Origin: Escherichia phage vB_Eco_BGP
DNA: 64,000 nucleotides
Strand: one strand, 5' to 3'
Sequence record: OZ035849
A program made the translations under genes and the position numbers. Positions within the stretch are counted from its first letter, which is position 1; each line of letters opens with the position of its first letter. This document shows, piece after piece, positions 1 to 10,344 of this stretch. The notes under the pieces were generated by a model. The model searched no databases. It saw nothing but the letters and a program-made list of their open reading frames with translations, and was not told where the DNA came from.

Positions 1-923
1 GTGGAGCCGTAATTATTAATGTTTTCATCTGTTGTAATTGTACCAATTGCGAGTGAGCGTCGCAACACTAAAGACCCATCATTGCGAAGGCCCATTTGTT
101 TATTAACGGCTGTATTACCGGTCCACCAAGACAGTTCATCACTTTTTCCGGTTTGTGCAGAAGCTAATTCATGATAAATCGTACCACCAGATTTTGCACG
201 GAATTTACGAAGGTAATTAATTCCGTTTGTTTCACCAGTTCCAGGATAAACATATTGAACTAATGACTGCGAATCGTATTGTCCAAACGCTTTCGTATCA
301 AATGAAATATTTTTAGTTACAACAGATGGACCAATCAAAGAACCTGTTCTTGTTTCAATATTACTCTGAGCGACTAAATACCCACCAGATACTAATAAAT
401 TACCAGAATCAACTTGAAAATTACCTGAGCGCGCAAATGTCCAATATTTAGATTGACCAGTTTCATCAATATAATGAATCTTCAACGAACCTTCAGAAAC
501 TAAAGTACCTAATGAAAAAGTTCCATCTTTAAAGCGCTGTTTAATTATAGGATTATATTCAGATGTGGAAGTAGCTGAGCTTAAATCTACAAAAATTGGA
601 GCTTTCGCAGTATGTTGACCGGACCAAGCCCCACTTCCAGTAGTACGATAATTAAACTCAATATATCCACCACTTGCTATAATCTGTGGGCCAATTAAAT
701 TAAATTTTCCAGTCTGTGTATAATCACCAGTTTGAGTGATATTACCACTGATATTACCGCCAGCGGAAATGCTTAAGTCAATGATATTTCCTGAATCGTC
801 TTTAGTAAAAATTGTTCTATCTTTTAAATTTATAGCCAATTCACCTTCGGCTAATACTGAAGCAGCAGGACGTGCACCTGCGGTTTTGCTTCTTTTAAAT
901 TGTATTTGTTTTAAAGTAGCCAT
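1..923 (-). CDS. 37: long tail fiber distal subunit gp37, N-terminal part; CDS continues beyond window start
   Basis: Reverse complement from ATG at 923 (SD GAGGA upstream) translates MATLKQIQFKRSKTAGARPAASVLAEGELAINLKD..., matching the T4 gp37 N-terminus; position downstream of 36 fits T4 synteny. Confidence 0.9.
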   Translation of the reverse strand, partial: MATLKQIQFKRSKTAGARPAASVLAEGELAINLKDRTIFTKDDSGNIIDLSISAGGNISGNITQTGDYTQTGKFNLIGPQIIASGGYIEFNYRTTGSGAWSGQHTAKAPIFVDLSSATSTSEYNPIIKQRFKDGTFSLGTLVSEGSLKIHYIDETGQSKYWTFARSGNFQVDSGNLLVSGGYLVAQSNIETRTGSLIGPSVVTKNISFDTKAFGQYDSQSLVQYVYPGTGETNGINYLRKFRAKSGGTIYHELASAQTGKSDELSWWTGNTAVNKQMGLRNDGSLVLRRSLAIGTITTDENINNYGS

Positions 924-931
924 AAGTCCTC

Positions 932-1594
932 TTAATAATAGCCGAAATCTTGAACAGAATCCTTAATTACGATTTGGTCAAATCGTGGAACATGTGAAGG
1001 TTGAGATGCGGGATTCTGCGAGAAAAAGTTTGGTGCGGTTAAGTTACCCGTCATAGTGTCGCCAGATCGTAACACTCTAGAGTTTGCATTTGCTGTAACA
1101 GTATTTATTGCTCCATCAACATAGTCCTTTCTAGTAAGGTCATTCGCTGCTATAGGAGCAACTGCATTACTTCTTATTTGACCTACTGCTGTCACAACGC
1201 CTTTTGTACTAATATCACCATTACGTGCATTAATTACAACAGTTCGGTCTGCTGAACCTTGTGATGATTTAAAACCAATACCATTCCACGAAACGATGTC
1301 AATATTTGCCATAGCAAAAGTAGCTGCATCACCGTTACCTGGATAAACACCGCACTGTTGACTACTACCTATAGTAGGAACATGTACTCCTCCATTAAAT
1401 CGAACAGTCGCGGCGTAAGTACCACCATTAGCTTTAGAAACGAAATCGTTATCAGCAGCTTGTGGTTTATTATATTCTGAATATAGTTTAAATGATTTAT
1501 AGAGTACATCGTCACCGGCTGGATTCAATGGAAAATTTCCTTGATGCCAAATGACAGAGCCTCCGGTTGTTGAACCTACTTTTAAATCAGCCAT
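932..1594 (-). CDS. 36: long tail fiber distal connector gp36
   Basis: ORF track 220 aa; size and sequence as T4 gp36 (221 aa); lies between 35 and 37. Confidence 0.92.
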   Translation of the reverse strand: MADLKVGSTTGGSVIWHQGNFPLNPAGDDVLYKSFKLYSEYNKPQAADNDFVSKANGGTYAATVRFNGGVHVPTIGSSQQCGVYPGNGDAATFAMANIDIVSWNGIGFKSSQGSADRTVVINARNGDISTKGVVTAVGQIRSNAVAPIAANDLTRKDYVDGAINTVTANANSRVLRSGDTMTGNLTAPNFFSQNPASQPSHVPRFDQIVIKDSVQDFGYY

Positions 1595-1617
1595 TGTATG
1601 CCCCTTTATTTTAATAG

Positions 1618-1625
1618 TATTTATA
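1618..1625 (-). promoter_or_regulatory. late promoter TATAAATA upstream of gene 36
   Basis: tatttata on plus strand = TATAAATA on minus strand, ~25 nt upstream of gene 36 start. Confidence 0.6.
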
Positions 1626-1633
1626 AAGAAAAA

Positions 1634-1651
1634 GGGAACCCGAAGGCTCCC
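1634..1651 (-). terminator. GC hairpin terminator after gene 35
   Basis: gggaacccgaaggctccc inverted repeat; on minus strand followed by a T-run. Confidence 0.55.
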
Positions 1652-1656
1652 TCAGT

Positions 1657-2772
1657 TTAAACTTCTCTAAATTCTTGCCCAAACACTTTACCAGTTTTAG
1701 ACGATGCTTGTGTAGGAAGTACCATTATATCCGGAGGTGAAGCAGATTCGCAGATATAATTAACACGAATACCATTGACGCCAAATTCAGCAGGTTTTGA
1801 AATACCGCCGTTTCTTGATACTTCAGAAAAGCTTAAATTTCTCATGCCACCTTGTCCAGCTTGTGCAGTTCTTTGTGCATATATCGTAAATCCAACTGCA
1901 TTTTCTGGAACAACTACATAATCTTCCTTTAATTCCCAAGACCCAGCTTGTCCAGTAAACTCAGCTTGTGTCGAGGAAATATATCCGTTAGATGCATTAT
2001 AAAAACGGATAGATATATTTGTTGTTCCAAGAGCAAGTAAATCGTCATCAGCATATAACTGGGCTTTAAGATAAAGAACGTCACCAGGAATTAAATTATA
2101 ATCAGATAATTTACTTATAGCAGCTGAAGTTGGCAATCTCGCAATTTCGTTATTAGTTCCGCCAACTGCCGACATAAATTGCTCAACGCTTTCATATGTT
2201 CTTCTTGGAAACCCGGTAGCTCCAACGTCTTCTAAACTGTCAAATACAACATCTAAAATAGTTTGATAGTCATCTGTGCTTTTTCTATTACTTAGTTTAA
2301 CATGCTCCAATGCAATAGCTCTTTTAGAAGAAGTGTAAAAAGCAGCATATGATACGTCAAATCTTGACAATATAGAATCAGATGGAAAAGCAGACGTTCC
2401 TGCAGCTCTTAACCAAGATACTACTTCAGGAGGAAAATTAACCTTTCCGCTAGTTAATATAGCAACAAGTCTGTTATTCGTCAAAGAATTCATGAAACTA
2501 ACAAAAGCAGCTGATGTAGTATCGTTTGAAGTCGAAAAGGCGTATGACTTACTATCAACTAATGCTCCGGTGGAAGGGTCAAAAACTCTTAGATGAAGAC
2601 CTGCGCTAAATGTTTGACTTCCAACAGGATTATCCTGAAATTTAACGTATGGTCCTGCCGTAGAAAGCGGGCAAGAACCCGCTATACTTATTTTATATCT
2701 TACTGAATTACTTTCCGATAAAAATGGCGTTTGGACATATCCTTGTCCAAACTCTGCCATAAATTTTTCCAT
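1657..2772 (-). CDS. 35: long tail fiber hinge connector gp35
   Basis: ORF track 371 aa beginning MEKFMAEFGQGYVQTPF..., as T4 gp35 (372 aa). Confidence 0.93.
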   Translation of the reverse strand: MEKFMAEFGQGYVQTPFLSESNSVRYKISIAGSCPLSTAGPYVKFQDNPVGSQTFSAGLHLRVFDPSTGALVDSKSYAFSTSNDTTSAAFVSFMNSLTNNRLVAILTSGKVNFPPEVVSWLRAAGTSAFPSDSILSRFDVSYAAFYTSSKRAIALEHVKLSNRKSTDDYQTILDVVFDSLEDVGATGFPRRTYESVEQFMSAVGGTNNEIARLPTSAAISKLSDYNLIPGDVLYLKAQLYADDDLLALGTTNISIRFYNASNGYISSTQAEFTGQAGSWELKEDYVVVPENAVGFTIYAQRTAQAGQGGMRNLSFSEVSRNGGISKPAEFGVNGIRVNYICESASPPDIMVLPTQASSKTGKVFGQEFREV

Positions 2773-2780
2773 AATACCTC

Positions 2781-5700
2781 TTATTCAACCCATTCAAATT
2801 TAACCGTTTTATTCACTGGGTCAGGAATAATGCGAACATTACCAATTCGTAAGAAATCACGAATAGTAAGATTCCCCATTGTAGCATTATCAGATGGTAA
2901 AGCACCGATATCAGACGGCTGAGGAGGGTTACCTCCATCAAATACCTGAACAAAACTTGACCAAGAGTTTTTGGTTTTCTGCCATGTACGTGTCCAGCGA
3001 GTGGTACGTGCTTCTGGAGTCGTTGGATAAGTAATCCAATCTTGGTAAAGCGAATCAAGTGTGTTACCAAACTGAGTCAATGTACCAGGAGATTTAACTT
3101 CTTCGCCACGTTCTAAGTATGGAAGCCCAGTCACTTCATTAGTTTTTTCAACCATTTTAAAATAACCTGGGAACTGGTTATAAGTAGCTGAATCATTAAT
3201 ATCGATTGACCAGAATCCTACAGTATCAGACGTTGGCGCACGGGTATATAAGTCAGATGTTTTAGTGCCCTGAGAACGAATTCTCGAGTTAACAGTTAAA
3301 CCACCTGAATTTATAGTAGCACCTTTGGCAATGATTAAGCTTTCACCAATCGTTACTTGACCAGATGCATTATTAATAGCTAAAGGACGTAATCCATTAA
3401 ATCCGCCAGTCTGATCACCCGATGCAGTAAGCATAAAATAGGTGTTAGCAGCATCATTGCGAATAAAGAATCCATAGTCGCCATTTATTGCTCTGAAAGC
3501 ATTTGCAGACTTGCTGATGAATTCACCATTAGCAGTAACTGAACTACCAAATGTTGCAACGCCGTTCGCATTCAAAGAACCCGAAGCATTAACATTTATT
3601 GGCATTACAGTACCATTGATACTAAACGTTATATTCCCAGCTTTATTGCGTTGAGAATAAAAGTGATTAGACGTTTCATCACCAACTTCAAATACAGTAG
3701 AACGCATTGTATCTGAACCGCCACCAAACTGATTTCCCCAAACTCTGATAGTCATCGTCTGCGCTGGGTTAGTTCCAGTTTGAGGTCCTTTCTCAAAAAT
3801 CAGACGAGTTGCCGTTCCAGTATTAGAAATAGTTAATGTGCTGTTTGCCGAAACTGATCCGCCAAACGTAGCAGTACTAGATGATACAAGAGGGGCACTC
3901 AGATTCGTTTGTTGAGTTAAGGTTAGTGAACCATTAACTGTCTGTGCAATATCCCTACGAATGAACTGAGATGAATCTAGACCATCCAATAAATTTGTAT
4001 CAGCAGCTTTTGCTTTTAATGGCAAATAATTTGCTAATACACGGTTTAATTCATATGGTGATACTGCATAGCTGTTTTTCTCGTATAGCTCTAAGTCCTG
4101 CGTAGAACCAGCTGTATCATTACCAACGAATGTAATTGAACCAGATGAAGTTTTAACAAAGCCTCTTATCGCAGTAGTAGCTGCCCAAGTAGGTTCACTC
4201 TGCACAATCCATTTTAAATTTTTTGGAGATACAGCAGTATTTGCTGATGTTCCAGTCACAGTTTCAGACTGAGTTGCAACTTTAATAACACCTTCTTGCG
4301 ATTCGGTAGATTTAGTACCTAAAAGCTTTTTAGGAGTTATTAAAACATTATCTAATGTTCCTGCAGCAGCTTCAACCTGTGTAGCTACACGAAGTGTACC
4401 ACGCTGTGTCTCATTTGCTTCAAGAATATTAAGGGTATAATGGTCCCAGAGAGTTCCTGATTCAACTAATCCAGATAGAGCAACAACAGAAGTACGATCA
4501 GTACTATTAAATCTAGTTTTAATTTTTAATGGTGTAGAGATACGAGTATCGTCGACGCCTGCGTCGAATTCAACTTGTGTAGCAATTTCAGCTATACCAC
4601 TTAAACTTTCAGTTGCTCTACGGTCATTTAAAGTTTTAGGAGTGACTGCACGAGTATAATCAGTTCCTGTATTAACTTCACTTTGTGTAGCAATTTCAAT
4701 TAAACCAATTCTTCCATCAGTTGATGTCTTTTTATGTAACGTTTCTGGCGTTACAACAGCATTTGCCCATCCTTCCTGACTTTGTCCAGCAATTACTTCA
4801 CTTTCAACTGCTAAAATTACTGCACCTTGCTGTGTTGGAGTAGCTTTATACTGATCCAAAGCTTTAGGTGAAACAACTAAATTATTAGTGTTTTTATTAT
4901 AAACATTCGTACCATTTAATTCACGACTAGAAGCTGGAGTAGCACCTGCAGTAGATACAAAAGTTACAATACCAGATAATGATTCAGAACCTTGGCGAGC
5001 TTGAAGCTTTTTAGGAGTGATGATTGTAGTATCATCAGTACCTGTATTAGTTTCCTGCTGCGTAGCAATTTCAGCAACACCTCTACGAGTTTCTGTAGCA
5101 GTTCTTTCATTCAGCTTTTTAGGAGTAATGATAAGGTCATCTGCAAAAGAGAATGTGGTGTTCTGATTCACTTGAGCAGTAGTTGCTATTCTTGCGATAC
5201 CTCTACGAGTTTCAGTAGCAGTACGATTAGCTAATGTTTCTGGAGTAATTGCTAATTCTTTTTGTGGAGAATTTTCTAAATCGACATTAGCTTGAGCTTG
5301 TGTAGCTAAAGCAATTACGCCTAATCTTGCTCTAGTAGAATCATTTAAAGAGTCTACTCTTTCTACAGTTGGAACGTTTTGCTGTACAACCCAGTATTTT
5401 CCATCAGAATCTTCTATATAAGCAAGCTGTAAAACTGGAACATAATTAGTTTCACCGTTAAAAACTAATTCTTGAACAGTTACCCATTTAGTTTCAGGCG
5501 GATATTCTGAACGTTTTGGGAATTGCAGCAATTGAACTGAAGAAGCAATTTTATCTTCGCCCGCAGCTTTGATTTTAACTGTTTGTCCTTTTCTCATGTA
5601 ATTCATGGAAATTTTAACAGTATCACCAACAGAAATATTAGTTGGAAGCTGAAGCTCAATTGTTTGAGTTGTTCCGTTATTCGCACCAAATACCATGACT

Positions 5701-6650
5701 TCTTCGTTTGGACGAATATTAGAATTAGTCGTTATAATGCGTAAACGTGCTTTACTATCCCCGTCAAACAATCTCCACAATTTCTCATTATCATCAAACA
5801 TCAAGAAACCGTCAATCGATGTACGGCCTTCAATGGAATGAGTTCCAACTTCTTGTACTGAAGTCGTTTCATCGTATGTAGTAACAATTGTATGATAAAG
5901 TGGATTCAGTTTATCTAAATCAACGAAATTAATAATATCGCCATGATTAGCAAATCTTGGAAGTTTAACATTAATTGGTGCAGCAGAAGTAAATCTACGT
6001 ACGATAAAATCATTTGATTGCGCTTGATAAGTATTCGCTGGTGTTACAACTACAGCTTCTCTACTATAATCAGCAACATACATTTGCCACAGACGATTAC
6101 TAAAAATTAAAACTAGCTGTGACTTTGGATGAGTCATTAGTACTGAACGTACTTGCTCGCCTCTGAAGTTTACAATACTTTGCACCGGAGCTACAATTAA
6201 AACTTGGTTAACTCCAGGTTTTCCTCCAATATCTTGGAGAACGATAGTATCACCATCAATTGGGGTAGATGGTAAAGTAAATGTAATATCATTACCAGCT
6301 GCGGTGTTAACCGAAATAGCTTCACCAGATTTTAATTGATATGAACCAGATGAAACCGTAATCCAGTTAGCATCGGTACGTAATGCTCTCCAGCGTCCGC
6401 TATTAAAAGCTCCTGCCGGTTTTGGAATATCATTTATAGCAGCCCAAAAGCGGTTATCATAAATGATTACAAAATCTTTTAAATATCCACGAGTTGGATC
6501 GTATTGTTGAACTGTGTTTTCTTGAATTAAGTAATCAACGTTAACACCGTCAGTTCCTACGGTACGATCAGCTAAAGCTACGTTGATTATTTTATCACCA
6601 CCTGCGTCCAGACCGTCTTCTGCTCTGAACTTTCTTTTAATCTCGGCCAT
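2781..6650 (-). CDS. 34: long tail fiber proximal subunit gp34
   Basis: ORF track 1289 aa, identical length to T4 gp34; beta-rich repetitive fiber sequence; late promoter upstream. Confidence 0.95.
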   Translation of the reverse strand: MAEIKRKFRAEDGLDAGGDKIINVALADRTVGTDGVNVDYLIQENTVQQYDPTRGYLKDFVIIYDNRFWAAINDIPKPAGAFNSGRWRALRTDANWITVSSGSYQLKSGEAISVNTAAGNDITFTLPSTPIDGDTIVLQDIGGKPGVNQVLIVAPVQSIVNFRGEQVRSVLMTHPKSQLVLIFSNRLWQMYVADYSREAVVVTPANTYQAQSNDFIVRRFTSAAPINVKLPRFANHGDIINFVDLDKLNPLYHTIVTTYDETTSVQEVGTHSIEGRTSIDGFLMFDDNEKLWRLFDGDSKARLRIITTNSNIRPNEEVMVFGANNGTTQTIELQLPTNISVGDTVKISMNYMRKGQTVKIKAAGEDKIASSVQLLQFPKRSEYPPETKWVTVQELVFNGETNYVPVLQLAYIEDSDGKYWVVQQNVPTVERVDSLNDSTRARLGVIALATQAQANVDLENSPQKELAITPETLANRTATETRRGIARIATTAQVNQNTTFSFADDLIITPKKLNERTATETRRGVAEIATQQETNTGTDDTTIITPKKLQARQGSESLSGIVTFVSTAGATPASSRELNGTNVYNKNTNNLVVSPKALDQYKATPTQQGAVILAVESEVIAGQSQEGWANAVVTPETLHKKTSTDGRIGLIEIATQSEVNTGTDYTRAVTPKTLNDRRATESLSGIAEIATQVEFDAGVDDTRISTPLKIKTRFNSTDRTSVVALSGLVESGTLWDHYTLNILEANETQRGTLRVATQVEAAAGTLDNVLITPKKLLGTKSTESQEGVIKVATQSETVTGTSANTAVSPKNLKWIVQSEPTWAATTAIRGFVKTSSGSITFVGNDTAGSTQDLELYEKNSYAVSPYELNRVLANYLPLKAKAADTNLLDGLDSSQFIRRDIAQTVNGSLTLTQQTNLSAPLVSSSTATFGGSVSANSTLTISNTGTATRLIFEKGPQTGTNPAQTMTIRVWGNQFGGGSDTMRSTVFEVGDETSNHFYSQRNKAGNITFSINGTVMPINVNASGSLNANGVATFGSSVTANGEFISKSANAFRAINGDYGFFIRNDAANTYFMLTASGDQTGGFNGLRPLAINNASGQVTIGESLIIAKGATINSGGLTVNSRIRSQGTKTSDLYTRAPTSDTVGFWSIDINDSATYNQFPGYFKMVEKTNEVTGLPYLERGEEVKSPGTLTQFGNTLDSLYQDWITYPTTPEARTTRWTRTWQKTKNSWSSFVQVFDGGNPPQPSDIGALPSDNATMGNLTIRDFLRIGNVRIIPDPVNKTVKFEWVE

Positions 6651-6684
6651 TCTCCCGGGCTCCTATTGTGTTTTCAATAATAAG

Positions 6685-6692
6685 TATTTATA
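6685..6692 (-). promoter_or_regulatory. late promoter TATAAATA for gene 34
   Basis: tatttata on plus strand = TATAAATA on minus strand, ~35 nt upstream of gene 34 ATG. Confidence 0.7.
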
Positions 6693-6695
6693 CTT

Positions 6696-6725
6696 GTTTA
6701 CTTTAAGATTTGGATGGTATATAAT
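6696..6725 (+). promoter_or_regulatory. early promoter for rnh (GTTTAC -35, TATAAT -10)
   Basis: gtttac at 6696-6701, 18-nt spacer, tataat at 6720-6725; divergent from gene 34 late promoter. Confidence 0.6.
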
Positions 6726-6754
6726 AGAAATCTCACTAATTGAACGAGGTTCAT

Positions 6755-7672
6755 ATGGATTTAGAAATGATGCTGGATGAAGATTACAAAGAAGGAATTT
6801 GCTTTATTGACTTTAGTCAAATTGCTCTTTCAACTGCTCTGGTAAACTTCCCAGATAAAGAAAAAATTAATTTATCAATGGTTCGTCATTTGATATTGAA
6901 CTCAATTAAGTTTAATGTCAAAAAAGCAAAAACGCTTGGATACACTAAAATTGTACTGTGTATTGATAACGCGAAATCTGGATACTGGCGTCGTGATTTC
7001 GCTTATTATTATAAGAAAAACCGTGGAAAAGCGCGAGAAGAATCTACTTGGGACTGGGAAGGTTATTTTGAATCCAGCCATAAAGTTATAGATGAATTGA
7101 AAGCTTATATGCCATACATTGTTATGGATATTGATAAGTATGAAGCAGATGACCACATTGCTGTTCTTGTTAAAAAGTTCTCTTTAGAAGGACACAAGAT
7201 TTTAATCATTTCATCTGATGGTGACTTTACTCAACTTCACAAATATCCAAATGTTAAGCAATGGTCACCGATGCATAAGAAATGGGTTAAAATTAAAAGC
7301 GGTTCTGCTGAAATTGACTGTATGACTAAAATCCTTAAAGGCGATAAAAAGGATAACGTTGCTTCAGTTAAAGTACGATCTGACTTTTGGTTTACCAAAG
7401 TTGAAGGTGAACGAACTCCTTCAATGAAAACTTCAATCGTTGAAGCTATTGCTAATGACCGTGAGCAAGCTAAGGTGCTTCTCACAGAATCTGAATATAA
7501 TCGTTATAAAGAAAATCTAGTTCTAATTGATTTTGATTATATTCCTGATAATATTGCTTCAAACATTGTGAATTACTATAATTCATATAAATTACCACCG
7601 CGTGGCAAAATTTATTCATATTTTGTAAAAGCGGGTCTTTCTAAATTAACTAATAGCATTAATGAATTTTGA
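6755..7672 (+). CDS. rnh: RNase H (5'-3' exonuclease / flap endonuclease)
   Basis: Protein from ATG 6755 (MDLEMMLDEDYKEG..., 305 aa) matches T4 RNase H; ORF track start 6740 is a TTG; SD GAGG precedes 6755. Confidence 0.95.
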   Translation: MDLEMMLDEDYKEGICFIDFSQIALSTALVNFPDKEKINLSMVRHLILNSIKFNVKKAKTLGYTKIVLCIDNAKSGYWRRDFAYYYKKNRGKAREESTWDWEGYFESSHKVIDELKAYMPYIVMDIDKYEADDHIAVLVKKFSLEGHKILIISSDGDFTQLHKYPNVKQWSPMHKKWVKIKSGSAEIDCMTKILKGDKKDNVASVKVRSDFWFTKVEGERTPSMKTSIVEAIANDREQAKVLLTESEYNRYKENLVLIDFDYIPDNIASNIVNYYNSYKLPPRGKIYSYFVKAGLSKLTNSINEF

Positions 7673-7680
7673 GGTGAATA

Positions 7681-7950
7681 ATGGCTAAAAAAGAAATGGT
7701 TGAATTTGATGAAGCTATCCACGGCGAAGACTTGGCTAAATTTATTAAAGAAGCATCTGATCATAAACTGAAAATTTCTGGTTATAATGAATTGATTAAA
7801 GATATTCGAATTCGTGCCAAAGATGAACTTGGCGTTGATGGTAAGATGTTTAATCGTCTATTAGCTTTGTATCATAAAGATAACCGTGATGTGTTTGAAG
7901 CTGAAACTGAAGAGGTAGTTGAACTTTATGACACAGTTTTCTCTAAATGA
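7681..7950 (+). CDS. dsbA: dsDNA-binding protein DsbA (late transcription enhancer)
   Basis: 89 aa, MAKKEMVEFDEAIHGEDLAKFIKEASDHK..., as T4 DsbA. Confidence 0.93.
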   Translation: MAKKEMVEFDEAIHGEDLAKFIKEASDHKLKISGYNELIKDIRIRAKDELGVDGKMFNRLLALYHKDNRDVFEAETEEVVELYDTVFSK

Positions 7951-8266
7951 TATTCGTCCGGTCGATGAGACCGGTCTTTCAGAAAAAGAACTCTCAATTA
8001 AGAAAGAAAAGGATGAAATTGCAAAGCTTCTTGACCGCCAAGAAAATGGATTTATTATTGAAAAAATGGTAGAAGAGTTTGGAATGAGTTATCTTGAAGC
8101 TACAACAGCATTCTTGGAAGAAAATTCTATTCCTGAAACTCAATTTGCTAAATTTATTCCTTCGGGTATAATTGAAAAAATTCAGTCAGAAGCTATTGAC
8201 GAAAATCTTTTACGTCCTTCTGTTGTTCGTTGTGAAAAAACTAATACATTAGATTTTCTATTATGA
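7928..8266 (+). CDS. 33: late transcription co-activator gp33
   Basis: ATG 7928 with SD GAGGTAG; MTQFSLNDIRPVDETG... 112 aa as T4 gp33; overlaps dsbA 3' end. Confidence 0.92.
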   Translation: MTQFSLNDIRPVDETGLSEKELSIKKEKDEIAKLLDRQENGFIIEKMVEEFGMSYLEATTAFLEENSIPETQFAKFIPSGIIEKIQSEAIDENLLRPSVVRCEKTNTLDFLL

Positions 8267-8916
8267 TTAAACTCCGCATGCCTGCTGGTGGTGAAAGATA
8301 TATTGATGGTAAATCAGTTTATAAATTATACTTAATGATAAAACAACATATGAATGGAAAGTATGATGTAATTAAGTATAATTGGTGCATGCGGGTGTCT
8401 GATGCCGCTTATCAAAAGCGAAGGGATAAGTATTTTTTCCAGAAGTTATCAGAAAAATATAAATTAAAGGAACTTGCTTTAATCTTTATAAGCAATCTTG
8501 TTGCTAACCAAGATGCTTGGATTGGTGACATCTCTGACGCTGATGCACTTGTGTTTTATCGTGAATATATCGGACGCTTAAAGCAAATTAAATTTAAGTT
8601 TGAAGAAGATATTCGCAACATTTATTATTTTAGTAAAAAAGTTGAAGTTTCTGCTTTTAAAGAAATCTTTGAATATAATCCAAAGGTTCAATCAAGTTAT
8701 ATTTTTAAACTGCTTCAGTCGAATATAATTTCGTTTGAAACGTTTATCTTGCTTGATTCGTTTTTAAATATAATTGATAAACATGATGAACAGACTGATA
8801 ATTTAGTCTGGAATAATTATTCTATAAAGTTAAAGGCTTATAGAAAAATTTTAAATATTGATTCACAGAAAGCTAAAAATGTTTTTATTGAAACTGTGAA
8901 ATCTTGCAAGTATTAA
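8263..8916 (+). CDS. 59: helicase loader gp59
   Basis: 217 aa, MIKLRMPAGGERYIDGKSVYKLY..., same length as T4 gp59. Confidence 0.95.
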   Translation: MIKLRMPAGGERYIDGKSVYKLYLMIKQHMNGKYDVIKYNWCMRVSDAAYQKRRDKYFFQKLSEKYKLKELALIFISNLVANQDAWIGDISDADALVFYREYIGRLKQIKFKFEEDIRNIYYFSKKVEVSAFKEIFEYNPKVQSSYIFKLLQSNIISFETFILLDSFLNIIDKHDEQTDNLVWNNYSIKLKAYRKILNIDSQKAKNVFIETVKSCKY

Positions 8917-9015
8917 TTGCTTATTATAAATAGATTATAATTATCTCACTGACCAGCTATGAGGTCATACATCGTCATAGCACCAACTGTTAATTAAATT
9001 AAAAAGGAAATAAAA
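8917..9015 (+). promoter_or_regulatory. gene 32 mRNA translational operator (pseudoknot region plus UUAAA repeats)
   Basis: gaccagctatgaggtcatacatcgtcatagcacc followed by AU-rich ttaattaaattaaaaaggaaataaaa directly before the gene 32 ATG; matches the known gp32 autoregulatory leader. Confidence 0.8.
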
Positions 9016-9924
9016 ATGTTTAAACGTAAATCTACTGCTGAACTCGCTGCACAAATGGCTAAACTGGCTGGAAATAAAGGTGGTTTTTCTTCTGAAGATA
9101 AAGGCGAGTGGAAACTGAAACTCGACAATGCGGGTAACGGTCAAGCAGTAATTCGTTTTCTTCCGTCTAAAAATGATGAACAAGCACCGTTCGCAATTCT
9201 TGTAAATCACGGTTTCAAGAAAAACGGTAAATGGTATATCGAAAATTGTTCATCTACCCACGGTGATTACGATTCTTGTCCAGTATGTCAGTACATCAGT
9301 AAAAATGATTTGTACAACACTGACAATAAAGAGTACAGTCTTGTTAAACGCAAAACTTCTTACTGGGCTAACATTCTTGTTGTAAAAGACCCAGCTGCCC
9401 CAGAAAACGAAGGTAAAGTATTTAAATATCGTTTCGGTAAGAAAATCTGGGATAAAATCAATGCAATGATTGCAGTTGATGTTGAAATGGGTGAAACTCC
9501 AGTTGATGTAACTTGTCCGTGGGAAGGTGCTAACTTTGTACTGAAAGTTAAACAAGTTTCTGGTTTTAGTAACTACGACGAATCTAAATTCCTGAATCAA
9601 TCTGCGATTCCAAACATTGATGATGAATCTTTCCAGAAAGAACTGTTCGAACAAATGGTTGACCTTTCTGAAATGACTTCTAAAGATAAATTCAAATCGT
9701 TTGAAGAACTGAGCACTAAGTTCAGTCAAGTTATGGGAACTGCTGCTATGGGTGGTGCCGCAGCAACTGCTGCTAAGAAAGCTGATAAAGTTGCTGATGA
9801 TTTGGATGCATTCAATGTTGATGACTTCAATACAAAAACTGAAGATGATTTTATGAGCTCAAGCTCTGGCAGTTCATCTAGTGCTGATGACACGGACCTG
9901 GATGACCTTTTGAATGACCTTTAA
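9016..9924 (+). CDS. 32: single-stranded DNA-binding protein gp32
   Basis: 302-codon ORF; [48 protein letters not shown]..., acidic Ser-rich C-terminus, as T4 gp32. Confidence 0.97.
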   Translation: MFKRKSTAELAAQMAKLAGNKGGFSSEDKGEWKLKLDNAGNGQAVIRFLPSKNDEQAPFAILVNHGFKKNGKWYIENCSSTHGDYDSCPVCQYISKNDLYNTDNKEYSLVKRKTSYWANILVVKDPAAPENEGKVFKYRFGKKIWDKINAMIAVDVEMGETPVDVTCPWEGANFVLKVKQVSGFSNYDESKFLNQSAIPNIDDESFQKELFEQMVDLSEMTSKDKFKSFEELSTKFSQVMGTAAMGGAAATAAKKADKVADDLDAFNVDDFNTKTEDDFMSSSSGSSSSADDTDLDDLLNDL

Positions 9925-9946
9925 TAGATTATATTACTAATTAATT

Positions 9947-9972
9947 GGGGACCCTAGAGGTCCCCTTTTTTA
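9947..9972 (+). terminator. rho-independent terminator after gene 32
   Basis: ggggaccctagaggtcccc hairpin followed by ttttttat. Confidence 0.8.
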
Positions 9973-9996
9973 TTTCAAAAATTTTTTCACAAAACG

Positions 9997-10026
9997 GTTT
10001 ACAAGCATAAAGCTTTATGGTACTAT
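9997..10026 (+). promoter_or_regulatory. early promoter (GTTTAC ... TACTAT)
   Basis: gtttac -35 hexamer, ~18-nt spacer, tactat -10; precedes the small-ORF cluster. Confidence 0.5.
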
Positions 10027-10069
10027 ACAACTATCGGCAATACTGCTGATGATTAAAGAGGAAAACAAT

Positions 10070-10300
10070 ATGGCTAAAGTTGATATTGACATCGTTGATT
10101 TTGAATATATTGAAGAAATTATTCGTAATCGTTATCCTGAACTTAGTATCACAAGTATTCATGATGATCCCAATTATTGCAATTTTTCTATTGTTATTGA
10201 AGGTCCTTTAGAAGTTCTTGAACGATTTATGGCTAATGAATACTGTGATGGTATGGATGCTGAAGATGCAGAATTTTACATGGGATTGATTGAACAGTAA
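10070..10300 (+). CDS. hypothetical protein (frd-region small ORF)
   Basis: ATG 10070 preceded by SD AAAGAGGA; ORF track ORF 10049-10300. Confidence 0.65.
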   Translation: MAKVDIDIVDFEYIEEIIRNRYPELSITSIHDDPNYCNFSIVIEGPLEVLERFMANEYCDGMDAEDAEFYMGLIEQ

Positions 10301-10344
10301 TTATCGAGGGGCTATCAAGCCCCTATTAAAATGAGGAAAACATA

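Noticed and set aside
2813-3070. 85-aa minus-strand ORF nested in gene 34, plus similar nested or antisense ORFs (4992-5234, 8965-9210, 9250-9729, 22979-23356, 51909-52313, 52822-53166, 57611-57811)
   Set aside because: All lie inside or antisense to confidently identified conserved genes, lack SD sequences and are typical out-of-frame artefacts.
9925-10069. Possible free-standing homing endonuclease gene next to gene 32 (segG-like)
   Set aside because: No GIY-YIG or HNH ORF is present near gene 32 in this window; the interval holds only a terminator and an early promoter. Absence relative to T4 is from memory of the T4 map and was not scored as a finding.
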